From assembly GCA_020348445.1 (NCBI GenBank), contig CP070751.1:3463551-3527550 (forward strand): DNA of 64,000 bases, given 5' to 3'. Below are positions 29,649 to 38,416 of this stretch, piece by piece. Each line of letters begins with the position of its first letter. Positions within the stretch are counted from its first letter, which is position 1. Under the pieces are notes generated by a model, which saw only the letters and a list, made by a program, of their open reading frames with translations, made no database searches and had not been told where the DNA came from. Made by a program: the position numbers and the translations under genes. This DNA is from Thermoplasmata archaeon. GTDB lineage: Archaea; Thermoplasmatota; Thermoplasmata; GCA-020350865.

Positions 29649-29857
29649 CTGTATATAAACGAGGATCCATGTATCTTATTTGTCTGGTGTGTGGAAATAG
29701 GGATTTTGACATCGTTAAGCATTTCTCTGTGGGAGACAAAGTTCTGAGGTGTAAAAATTGCGGATTTATGATTAAGGAAAGCGGGTATTTCAATATAATA
29801 TCTGGAAATACACTTGAATCTCCAGATGAACAACCGTTACCTGCTGTGAAGAAGTAG
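29645..29857 (+). CDS. Small Zn-ribbon protein
   Basis: CLVC...CKNC; start overlaps upstream stop. Confidence 0.65.
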   Translation: MTVYKRGSMYLICLVCGNRDFDIVKHFSVGDKVLRCKNCGFMIKESGYFNIISGNTLESPDEQPLPAVKK

Positions 29858-29888
29858 GAATGGGGGATTCAGATAAGGAGGTGATAAA

Positions 29889-30116
29889 TTGGATGTACAA
29901 ACGAAGATACTCAATGAATTCAACACAAAATATGATGAAATAAAAGAGAAAGTTGCAGATATAAACAAACTCTTCCTTGAACTGACAAATCAACACATGA
30001 CGCTCAACGAATCGTTTTACATTGTTAAGAAGGACTTAAATTTGCTCCATAACGAAATGGATTCCATCAGAAAGTTTAGAGATCAACTTAAGCGAGAGTT
30101 AGGCATCGTTGATTGA
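29889..30116 (+). CDS. Small coiled-coil hypothetical protein
   Basis: GGAGGTGA SD and TTG; heptad-like charged/hydrophobic pattern. Confidence 0.7.
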   Translation: MDVQTKILNEFNTKYDEIKEKVADINKLFLELTNQHMTLNESFYIVKKDLNLLHNEMDSIRKFRDQLKRELGIVD

Positions 30117-30320
30117 GAGGTAAGTCACTTTCGGATATAAGGGCTAAAGGCATAACTTTGGGAGCGTCTTCCAAGGGCGACAATGGGTAACGGAATTAAA
30201 CAGTATCTGGAAAATAATGCTATTGCTACAATAAATTTGTTGTTCATGAGACCAGTATATTCGAGAATAAAAGCATGTGTTCTGAATGTATATAATCTAA
30301 ACAACCAAGAGGTAGAAAAC

Positions 30321-30491
30321 ATGTTAATGAAGGTTAATGTTGATTGATGCGACGGATGCGGTGCATGTGTGGAGGTATGCCCAAATGAGGCGATCATTCT
30401 CAATGAATATGCACACGTGGATGGGGAGGAGTGTGCAGAATGTGAGGCCTGTATAGATGAATGTCCTAATGATGCAATATCGATGGACTGA
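30321..30491 (+). pseudogene. 2x[4Fe-4S] ferredoxin interrupted by in-frame TGA at 30345-30347
   Basis: MLMKVNVD*CDGCGACVEVCPNEAI...CAECEACIDECPNDAISMD; GAGG SD upstream; not in ORF track. Confidence 0.85.
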
Positions 30492-30556
30492 CTCCCATTA
30501 CTTGGTACAATTGAACGTTGATTAGAAAAAAAGATACATGAGGAAGTTGATGAAAC

Positions 30557-31855
30557 ATGATAATAAAAGAAGCTAAGGAAGGGTATTTATCACCAGAGTT
30601 TTTGGCCGCTGCGAGACATGAGGGTATAGACCCAGAAAGATTGAGACGGTTGGTAGCCTCAGGTCGTGCTGTCATACCTAAGAATGTAAATCATCACTTC
30701 AGCGAGATAAGAGCTATAGGCGAGGGGCTAAAAGTCAAAGTTAATGTGAATCTGGGCACATCAAAAGATTATATCAACCTTGATGAGGAACTTGAAAAAT
30801 TAAGGATAGCTGAGAAATACGGTACCGATACGATAATGGATCTCAGTACGGGGGGCGACCTACGAGCCATAAGGAAGCGTATCATAGGAGATAGTAATCT
30901 GACGGTCGGTACTGTACCAATTTATGAGGCGGGTATATCTAAGGCCAAGCTACCAAGCAAGGCTGTTGTGGATATGACCGAGGACGATATGTTCAATACA
31001 TTAGAGCAACATGGAAAGGATGGTGTGGATTTCATCACGGTACACTGCGGGGTCAATAAAACTAGTATTAAGCGCCTGAAAAAGCAGGGCCGAAGCACAG
31101 GTGTTGTGTCCAGAGGTGGTTCCTTCCTTCTAGCGTGGATGCTACATAACGATGCTGAAAATCCGCTGTACGCAAATTACGATTATCTCCTTGAAATCGC
31201 AAAGGAGTATGAGATGACAATTAGCCTTGGTGACGGTCTGCGGCCAGGTGGTATTGCAGATGCAACTGACAGGCCTCAGATAGAGGAGCTCATTACACTT
31301 GGAGAGCTCGTGGACAGGGCTAAGGCGGCTAATGTACAGTCGATGGTCGAAGGACCAGGACACATACCTATCCATCAAATAGCCACAAATGTCCAGATTC
31401 AGAAATCTCTATGCAGGAATGCTCCATTCTATGTTCTAGGTCCGATTGTGACCGACATATTCCCGGGATACGATCATATAACCTCTGTAATTGGTGCGGC
31501 GATAGCAGCCATGACAGGTGCAGATTTCCTTTGTTATGTAACACCTGCGGAGCACTTAGCTCTCCCAACTGTTGACGACATCAAGGAAGGGTTAATTGCG
31601 ATGAAGATAGCTGCACATGCAGTTGATATCTCAAGGGGAATTGATATACACCTCGATCATGAGATGGATATTGCCCGATATGCTTTAGATTGGGATAAAC
31701 AGTTTGCATTGGCTGTGGACAAAGAAAAGGCGAACATGTACCGGAATCAGAGAAGACCAAGAACAGATGAAGTTTGTTCCATGTGCGGTGATTTCTGTGC
31801 TATAAAGATGACCAAAGATTATCTCAATAGTGATATTAAAACAGTAGATGTATAA
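30557..31855 (+). CDS. thiC: Phosphomethylpyrimidine synthase ThiC (or a Bza-type paralog)
   Basis: KVNVNLGTS, DTIMDLSTGG, VSRGGS, SLGDGLRPG, EGPGH, CYVTPAEHL, CSMCGDFC. Confidence 0.88.
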   Translation: MIIKEAKEGYLSPEFLAAARHEGIDPERLRRLVASGRAVIPKNVNHHFSEIRAIGEGLKVKVNVNLGTSKDYINLDEELEKLRIAEKYGTDTIMDLSTGGDLRAIRKRIIGDSNLTVGTVPIYEAGISKAKLPSKAVVDMTEDDMFNTLEQHGKDGVDFITVHCGVNKTSIKRLKKQGRSTGVVSRGGSFLLAWMLHNDAENPLYANYDYLLEIAKEYEMTISLGDGLRPGGIADATDRPQIEELITLGELVDRAKAANVQSMVEGPGHIPIHQIATNVQIQKSLCRNAPFYVLGPIVTDIFPGYDHITSVIGAAIAAMTGADFLCYVTPAEHLALPTVDDIKEGLIAMKIAAHAVDISRGIDIHLDHEMDIARYALDWDKQFALAVDKEKANMYRNQRRPRTDEVCSMCGDFCAIKMTKDYLNSDIKTVDV

Positions 31856-31990
31856 GAAAGCCCTTTGTCATGGCTTTCCTCAGAAGTGAACAAACCGTGT
31901 GCACTAGTATAAGGAATTAAAAGACATCAATCCAAGTATAAGAGCCCTTGTCAAAATAATTGGAGATGCAAGCTTCGGGGTGAATAAAAA

Positions 31991-32443
31991 ATGAAATTAA
32001 CTTTCGAACAGGTTGTATTTGACGAAAATGGCAACTTAAAGCTCATGCCTGATGAGAGATTATTGGCAAAAAAGATGCTCTCGTGTTTTATTTATCTAAA
32101 GGGGCTTCAACTGAAAAGGGGCTCCGCTCCAGCCGCGATTTTCTTTACAGATTCAGGGATTATTTATAGAACAGATCAAAGAATTATATGCACTAAAATC
32201 CTGGACGAAGGGGTTGTGGAAGATGATGTATGTATCGAAGTGCCCCTTGATGAGATTATAGCATGTAGGAGGAGTCTATTCCGTCTAACGCTCGTTTGCA
32301 GGGAATCGAATGGGGATATATATTTCATCGACCTGATTCCTCGAAAATCAGCCAAGGAATTTTTGGGTGAGGTGTTAAATATAAACATGAGGTGTAAAGT
32401 TGAGAGAGAAATTTTCGTGCCAAAACCCTCAAAAAGGAGTTGA
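31991..32443 (+). CDS. Hypothetical protein
   Basis: GGGGTGA SD and ATG, 150 aa; no family recognised. Confidence 0.65.
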   Translation: MKLTFEQVVFDENGNLKLMPDERLLAKKMLSCFIYLKGLQLKRGSAPAAIFFTDSGIIYRTDQRIICTKILDEGVVEDDVCIEVPLDEIIACRRSLFRLTLVCRESNGDIYFIDLIPRKSAKEFLGEVLNINMRCKVEREIFVPKPSKRS

Positions 32444-32472
32444 AAGCTGCAGGACTTCCATAAATTATCGCT

Positions 32473-33021
32473 ATGGCGGACGTTAGCATGATGAATTTAA
32501 GAATACATAATCTCGTTTGTACAACAATAATAGCTGAGAATCTCAATTTAGAGCGTATTCACAATATGATGAAGGAGGTAAAATACAATCCTAAGACATT
32601 CCCGGGACTAATTCTACGTTTAAAAGATCTGAAAACCACCCTGCTCATTTTTAAAAGAGGACGGGTTGTATGCACTGGTGCAAAGGACATAGAAGATGTT
32701 AATCGAAGTATACGAACTCTAATCAAAATTCTTGAGACTGCAAACTTTGAGGTGAATAAAAATCCGAAGATTACAATTCAAAACATCGTGGGAACATACA
32801 ATTTGGGCATTTGGTTGAATCTAAATAACGTTGTAGTTAGACTGGGCTTGGAGAATGTAGAATACGAACCCGAGCAATTTCCGGGTCTCGTGTACCGTAT
32901 TGATGAGCCCAAAACCGTTCTATTGCTTTTCCAAAGTGGAAAAGTCATTTGCACCGGTGCAAAACAAATCGAGGACCTAGAAATCGCTATAAATAAACTC
33001 AAAAATAACTTATTCATATAA
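32473..33021 (+). CDS. tbp: TATA-box-binding protein, divergent
   Basis: Two TBP repeats: YNPKTFPGL...LIFKRGRVVCTGAK and YEPEQFPGLVYR...LLFQSGKVICTGAK. Confidence 0.93.
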   Translation: MADVSMMNLRIHNLVCTTIIAENLNLERIHNMMKEVKYNPKTFPGLILRLKDLKTTLLIFKRGRVVCTGAKDIEDVNRSIRTLIKILETANFEVNKNPKITIQNIVGTYNLGIWLNLNNVVVRLGLENVEYEPEQFPGLVYRIDEPKTVLLLFQSGKVICTGAKQIEDLEIAINKLKNNLFI

Positions 33022-33022
33022 C

Positions 33023-34045
33023 TTGAGGCTGAAGTTCATGAACATAAGAAGGAAGATATCTATCTCGATAATAACGATCATCAGCATTTTTATAATAGGG
33101 TTCTTACTTGGAGCAACTATCTTTACAGGATATCTTGAATACTCGGAACATAGCTTCATTCCCGGTGAAATCTCTGCTCCTACTTGGGAAGCTGGAAAAT
33201 ACTGGACATATTCTTTCAAGACTCCGGAGATAGAGGATGTAATATCAAGAATCGTTGTCGCTTCCGATGATGGGGTAGATTATCTGGTTGGCGTGGCGTC
33301 TCGCCTCGATGCGCAGCGGCATGCTGTTCTGAACTACAACCCTATGCTCGGCAGAATAGCGATGAGGAACCTTTCTATCTACGAGAAAGGGATACCACAG
33401 CCCCTCTTCTCATTTCCTTTGAAGAAAAACTCCCAATGGACTTTCTCAATGTTTGACGTAGAGGAGTTTAAAGCCAAGGTGATTTCAATAAGATCTGTCA
33501 ACCTGCCCATTAATGGGAGCACTATCCTTGTCGATATTGAAGCTACTGCACCAAGTGGAGAATTACTCACTTATTCATATGATACCTCCGCAGAGTGGAT
33601 ACGCTCATTAATGTTTGAAGATTCCTCAGGAAACGTTATTCTTGATATGACCTTAGTTTCATATGGTATGGGTTTTGCTGGCGAAGTTTACTTCATTCGC
33701 GCACAAGATCTTTTTAACGAAACTTACACCTCAGAGCGAGGTTCTCCTGCCATGGATTTTTATAATAGCTTCTATGATCTGGGCCATCCGAATTGGGGAC
33801 CGTGGGATTATCTTGTCTACTACTATGAGGTCATTACTGGGGAAAATTCTGGGGAAACAATAACAGTGACCGACCCATTATCAAAGGAGACTATGAGACG
33901 TATTATTAGTCCAAACACCTTTGAAAGTACCTTGGGCACCATCCCAAGTGAATCCGGAGAATGGAAGGTTTCAGTGGTTCTTGGTGGTGAATCTTATCTC
34001 AGATTACGAATTGCCGGAGGAATTGAATATATCTGGACCGTGTAG
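33023..34045 (+). CDS. Hypothetical membrane-anchored/secreted protein
   Basis: N-terminal basic plus hydrophobic segment, then beta-rich soluble domain; start may be the ATG at 33038. Confidence 0.75.
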   Translation: MRLKFMNIRRKISISIITIISIFIIGFLLGATIFTGYLEYSEHSFIPGEISAPTWEAGKYWTYSFKTPEIEDVISRIVVASDDGVDYLVGVASRLDAQRHAVLNYNPMLGRIAMRNLSIYEKGIPQPLFSFPLKKNSQWTFSMFDVEEFKAKVISIRSVNLPINGSTILVDIEATAPSGELLTYSYDTSAEWIRSLMFEDSSGNVILDMTLVSYGMGFAGEVYFIRAQDLFNETYTSERGSPAMDFYNSFYDLGHPNWGPWDYLVYYYEVITGENSGETITVTDPLSKETMRRIISPNTFESTLGTIPSESGEWKVSVVLGGESYLRLRIAGGIEYIWTV

Positions 34046-34313
34046 TTGGATTTACAAATCTTTAACATATTGTCTAAAAATCTTGAGTTCTTAAGTATTT
34101 AACCTCATAATTTAATATAAAATCTTTTAGCAGAATTTATTATATTATTTTATTGAAACAAGAATATGTTACTATTTGATGTTATTTTAAATATTTATTA
34201 ATCATATGTAACAAAATGTTATTACCAACCTCTATACTGTCTCAAATACATTAGGTTGACGAGAGCAATAGAAATGAAATAAAAAGATGGGGGAAACTTT
34301 GTTATGAAATAGA

Positions 34314-34862
34314 ATGGAGTTGCGCATCGATATGACAGATGAAGTGGAAGTAGTGGAGAAAAAAGCGAAATTGGTAAACCCTGAGTTTGTTGAGGAGGTG
34401 ATCAAAGCCGGTGCTGTGAGTGTCAATCTGTGTTGGCAGTGTGGGACGTGCACCGCTAGTTGTCCTTCAGGATTGCATACTGCTTTTCGAGTAAGAAAAT
34501 TGATCCGTAGAGTCCAATTGGGGTTCATGGACGAAGTCCTGCCAGCGGATGATATGTGGATGTGCACAACCTGTTATACATGCCATGAGCGCTGCCCCCG
34601 CGATGTGAAAATCCCAGAGATCATATTCACTTTACGAAATATGGCAGTTAAAATGGGCTACATGGCTGAAACGCATAAAAAGGCTGCGACTTTGTTAGTA
34701 AAAACAGGTCATACTATACCCTTGGATGATAAAGCAAAGGCGCTCAGGAAAAAGGTTGGGCTGATTGAGACGCCATTAACAACACTATCCAATTCAGAAG
34801 CATTAGAAGAGGTGCAGAAGATCCTCAGGCATACCGGTTTTGACAAAATAGTAGGAGCGTGA
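34314..34862 (+). CDS. hdrC: Heterodisulfide reductase subunit C
   Basis: CWQCGTCTASCP and WMCTTCYTCHERCPRDV. Confidence 0.92.
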   Translation: MELRIDMTDEVEVVEKKAKLVNPEFVEEVIKAGAVSVNLCWQCGTCTASCPSGLHTAFRVRKLIRRVQLGFMDEVLPADDMWMCTTCYTCHERCPRDVKIPEIIFTLRNMAVKMGYMAETHKKAATLLVKTGHTIPLDDKAKALRKKVGLIETPLTTLSNSEALEEVQKILRHTGFDKIVGA

Positions 34863-34867
34863 TATAG

Positions 34868-35728
34868 ATAGTCAATTATACCTTCTTTCCAGGTTGTGTG
34901 GCCCCATTACGTTACCCGGGCATCGAGAGTGCAGCTCGTGCTGTGTTGAGTGCATTGGATGTACAATTCTCGGATTTAAAGGATGTGTCATGCTGTCCTG
35001 CACCTGGAGTTTTTCGTTCATTCGATCAGCAAACTTGGTTGGCGATTTCTGCAAGAAACCTCGCGCTCGCAGAGGTGCAAAATGCGGATATCATCACGAT
35101 ATGTAATGGTTGTTTTGCCTCCCTATTTGAGGTAGCATATATATTAAATAATGATAGAGAAAAGTTGGATGAAATCAATGCAATTCTCGCTGATATAGAT
35201 CTTGAATATAATTGCACTACCAATGTTAAACATTTTGCAGATATACTTTTTAAGGATATAGGCGTTAAAAAAATCGCCGATTCGGTAAATTATCCATATA
35301 AAAATTTAAAAATCGCGGTGCATTATGGCTGTCATTTTCTTAAACCTTCCAATGTAAAAAATATTGATGATCCCGAAAGACCGATGATTCTTGATAAACT
35401 TGTTGAAGCTGTAGGTGCCACAAGTGTCGATTATATGGATAAAAACCGCTGCTGTGGTGCCGGCGGGGGTGTGAGAGCAAGAGCGAAAGAAGTAGCATTA
35501 AAAATGACTGCTGATAAATTAGAAAATATTGAAAAGGCAGGAGCGAACTGCATAGTCGACATCTGTCCATTTTGTCATCTCCAATTCGATATGGGAGCAA
35601 TGGAGTTAGGTAAAACAAACATCCCTGTGGTTAATCTAGCGCAGTTATATGGATTAGCATTTGGAATTGATAAGAGTAAATTAGGATTGGATATACAGGC
35701 GGTACCAATAAAATTAGACAAGGGGTAG
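34868..35728 (+). CDS. hdrB: Heterodisulfide reductase subunit B (apparent ATA start)
   Basis: YTFFPGC...RYPGIE, SCCPAPG, HYGCH, RCCGAGG, CPFCHLQFD. The conserved N-terminus lies 5' of the ORF-track GTG (34898), bounded by TAG at 34865. Confidence 0.9.
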   Translation: MVNYTFFPGCVAPLRYPGIESAARAVLSALDVQFSDLKDVSCCPAPGVFRSFDQQTWLAISARNLALAEVQNADIITICNGCFASLFEVAYILNNDREKLDEINAILADIDLEYNCTTNVKHFADILFKDIGVKKIADSVNYPYKNLKIAVHYGCHFLKPSNVKNIDDPERPMILDKLVEAVGATSVDYMDKNRCCGAGGGVRARAKEVALKMTADKLENIEKAGANCIVDICPFCHLQFDMGAMELGKTNIPVVNLAQLYGLAFGIDKSKLGLDIQAVPIKLDKG

Positions 35729-35732
35729 TTAT

Positions 35733-35906
35733 TTGATTGGTAAATTGAAGGAAAGAAAAGAAGATGCGAAGGATCTTTGGAGGATGCTCGATGCTGATAT
35801 AAAACACGTTAACCTGGATTGGATATCAGCATCAGAAGGCGAAAAATTTGTTGAGGTCATGACCGAGTTTGTCTATAAAGTTAAAGGGTTATACATGAGC
35901 CCCTAA
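35733..35906 (+). pseudogene. mvhD: C-terminal remnant of an MvhD-type subunit
   Basis: KLKERKEDAKDLWRMLDADIKHVNLDWISASEGEKFVEVMTEFVYKVK aligns ungapped with the end of MvhD at 40128; none of the Cys ligands present. Confidence 0.8.
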
Positions 35907-35935
35907 ACCACCATAAAGACTGGGGAGGTAAGTTA

Positions 35936-37108
35936 ATGACCGATGGATACCCTCCTTTGATATTGGAAAATAAGGCTTACTATTGCGTAGAATGTGGAAA
36001 ATGCAGTTCTATATGCCCGATGAATAGAGGAGAACATGGGATATCTCCCAGGAGGATCGTCAAGAAAATACTTGAAAATTATGAGATTGAGGTAATCGAG
36101 GATCAATGGCTTTATTCATGTCTTATTTGTGGTCTTTGCGATGAGGTTTGTCCGTCTATGATTTCCTTTTCGACGCTTATAAGGGAACTGAGGCATAGAG
36201 CACTACAAAGCGGGAATAGAAAGCTCTGCTCTAAATCAGGGTTACTTTTACAGGTTGGGGGCATAATGATGCGCCCCTCTCTGAAGCAAAACCGCCTTGA
36301 CTGGCTGCCGAAAGACACAAAGATTTCGGAAAAAGGTGATATAATGTATTTCGTAGGTTGTCTGCCCTTTTTTGATGTGATATTTAAGGATATCGATCCA
36401 AAAACTATTGACATAGCAAAGGGAACCTTAAGGATGCTAAATGCAGCAGGAATTGAGCCTATTGTTTCTAATAATGAACGGTGTTGTGGACACGATCAAC
36501 TTTGGTCTGGTGATATTGTAGAATTCGAATTTTTGGCCAAGCTTAATGTCGAACATTTCAAGGAGCTTGGAATAAAAAAGCTGCTAGTTTCATGTCCGGA
36601 ATGTTATGAGACTATAAGCAAGTACTATCCTAAATATATCGGTGATTTGGACTTTGAAGTCATTTACACCATGGAATATATCTCAGAGCTTATTGATGAA
36701 GGTAAAATAACAATGAAAATCGATGAGATGAAGGTAACATATCATGATCCGTGCTCGCTGGGCAGGCATCTAAACATATATGAACCTCCGAGGAATGTAA
36801 TTGCAAACATAGAGAATTTATCATTTATTGAGATGCCGCAAAATAAGGAATCGGGACCGTGTTGCGGTGTCAGTGCTTGGATTACCTGTGATAGAACCTC
36901 TAAAGAAATGCAGATTAACAGATTGAAAGAAGCAATAAGTACAGGGGCAAGCAAAATGATCACAACCTGTCCAAAATGCCTTATTCACTTCCTGTGTTCG
37001 CTTAAACAAAGACCTGAAGAAGAGAAAGATACAATGGGGATAGATGTTATTGATCTATCTACATTGGCTTCAAAAGCCTTGGAAATTCCGCAAAGGGAGG
37101 GACAATAA
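35936..37108 (+). CDS. HdrD-like Fe-S oxidoreductase (2x[4Fe-4S] plus two CCG domains), copy 1
   Basis: CVECGKCSSICP, CLICGLCDEVCP, YFVGC, RCCGH, SCPEC, YHDPC, CCGV, TCPKC. Confidence 0.88.
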   Translation: MTDGYPPLILENKAYYCVECGKCSSICPMNRGEHGISPRRIVKKILENYEIEVIEDQWLYSCLICGLCDEVCPSMISFSTLIRELRHRALQSGNRKLCSKSGLLLQVGGIMMRPSLKQNRLDWLPKDTKISEKGDIMYFVGCLPFFDVIFKDIDPKTIDIAKGTLRMLNAAGIEPIVSNNERCCGHDQLWSGDIVEFEFLAKLNVEHFKELGIKKLLVSCPECYETISKYYPKYIGDLDFEVIYTMEYISELIDEGKITMKIDEMKVTYHDPCSLGRHLNIYEPPRNVIANIENLSFIEMPQNKESGPCCGVSAWITCDRTSKEMQINRLKEAISTGASKMITTCPKCLIHFLCSLKQRPEEEKDTMGIDVIDLSTLASKALEIPQREGQ

Positions 37109-37110
37109 CT

Positions 37111-38415
37111 TTGCATGGCAGCGCTTTGGTATTAGGAGGAGGCGTAGCAGGTATTCAATCCTCATTAGATTTGGCAAATAAAGGAATCAAAGTGTACCTC
37201 GTTGAGAAGGAGCCTAGCATCGGCGGGGTCATGGCTCTTCTTGATAAAACTTTTCCGACAAATGACTGTTCAATATGTATCCTGGCACCGAAAATGAACG
37301 AATGCTTTGCCCATTCAAATATAGAAGTCATGACTTATTCTGAGCTCACCTCCCTGGAAGGAGAAGCTCCCAATTTCCAGGTAACAATCCTTAAGAAAGC
37401 CAGATTTATTGACGAAAAAAAATGTACAGGTTGTGGTGACTGTACACAAAAATGCCCCACAAAAGTCCCGAACAAGTACAACATGAATCTGGATGAAAGG
37501 AAAGCCATCTATCTGCCATTCCCTCAATCGGTGCCAAGAATTATGACTATAGACAAGGAACTATGCTTAAAATTCACGAAGGATAAATGTGGGAACTGCA
37601 GTAAGGTTTGTAAGGCTAAAGCAATAGATTATGAGCAGAAGGATGAGGAAATCGTGTTGCAAGTGGGTGCAGTGGTTGTAGCTTCCGGTTTCGAGATTTA
37701 CAAACCAATCGAGATGTTCGAGTATGGTTATGGTAAATATCCAAATGTGAGAACAGCTATTGAGTACGAGCGCTTGATATGCGCCTCTGGACCTACAGAA
37801 GGTAATCTTCTCGTTGAGCCAAATGGCGAGCATCCGAGCCAGATAGGATTCATTCAATGTGTCGGCTCAAGGGATTTCCGTAGAAAAAATCCGTATTGTT
37901 CCAGTGTATGCTGTATGTATGCTACAAAAGAGGCGATGCTAGCAAGAGAACATTACGAAGATATCGAAGCCTATATTTTCTATACGGATTTAAGGGCTGT
38001 GGGCAAGAATTTCCAGCAGTACGTTGATAGGGCAAAAAAGGATTATGATATAAAATATATAAGAGCGAGACCTGGCCAGATAGTTGAAAACCCCGATACA
38101 AATAAATTAACCATCTGGTACGACGATTTAATCAATCCAAATGTTCAATCATTAGAGGTGGATATGGTTGTGCTCTGCACCGCTTTAATGCCATCCACGA
38201 CAGCAAATAGGATTGGAGAAATCCTAGGTATAGAGCTTGATGACAATGGCTTCTTTAGAGCAAAAGATCTTCTGGGCGATCCTGTTAGCTCCACGAGAGA
38301 TGGCATATTCATAGCCGGCTACTGCGCAGGGCCCAAGGATATCCCTGAGAGTGTGACACAGGCCTCAGGAGCTTCGGCTAGGGCCTCAGAGGTTATTGCT
38401 CAGGCAGGAGGGTAA
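37111..38415 (+). CDS. hdrA: HdrA-family flavoprotein, first unit (no N-terminal domain, has inserted ferredoxin domain)
   Basis: GGGVAG, LDKTFPTNDCSICILAPK, CTGCGDCTQKCP, QCVGSRD, YCSSVCCMYATK, GPKDIPESVTQAS. Confidence 0.9.
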   Translation: MHGSALVLGGGVAGIQSSLDLANKGIKVYLVEKEPSIGGVMALLDKTFPTNDCSICILAPKMNECFAHSNIEVMTYSELTSLEGEAPNFQVTILKKARFIDEKKCTGCGDCTQKCPTKVPNKYNMNLDERKAIYLPFPQSVPRIMTIDKELCLKFTKDKCGNCSKVCKAKAIDYEQKDEEIVLQVGAVVVASGFEIYKPIEMFEYGYGKYPNVRTAIEYERLICASGPTEGNLLVEPNGEHPSQIGFIQCVGSRDFRRKNPYCSSVCCMYATKEAMLAREHYEDIEAYIFYTDLRAVGKNFQQYVDRAKKDYDIKYIRARPGQIVENPDTNKLTIWYDDLINPNVQSLEVDMVVLCTALMPSTTANRIGEILGIELDDNGFFRAKDLLGDPVSSTRDGIFIAGYCAGPKDIPESVTQASGASARASEVIAQAGG

Positions 38416-38416
38416 C

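Noticed and set aside
30345-30347. Selenocysteine recoding of the in-frame TGAs (30345, 47149)
   Set aside because: Neither TGA aligns to a Cys position, no SECIS-like stem is visible downstream, and MvhD/HdrA here use Cys.
30117-30556. TPP riboswitch upstream of thiC
   Set aside because: No CUGAGA or AUAAUG-type core found.
34210-34226. SurR-like site AAC-n5-GTT-n3-ACC upstream of hdrC
   Set aside because: Short, one mismatch, AT-rich background, and no SurR-like gene recognised in the window.
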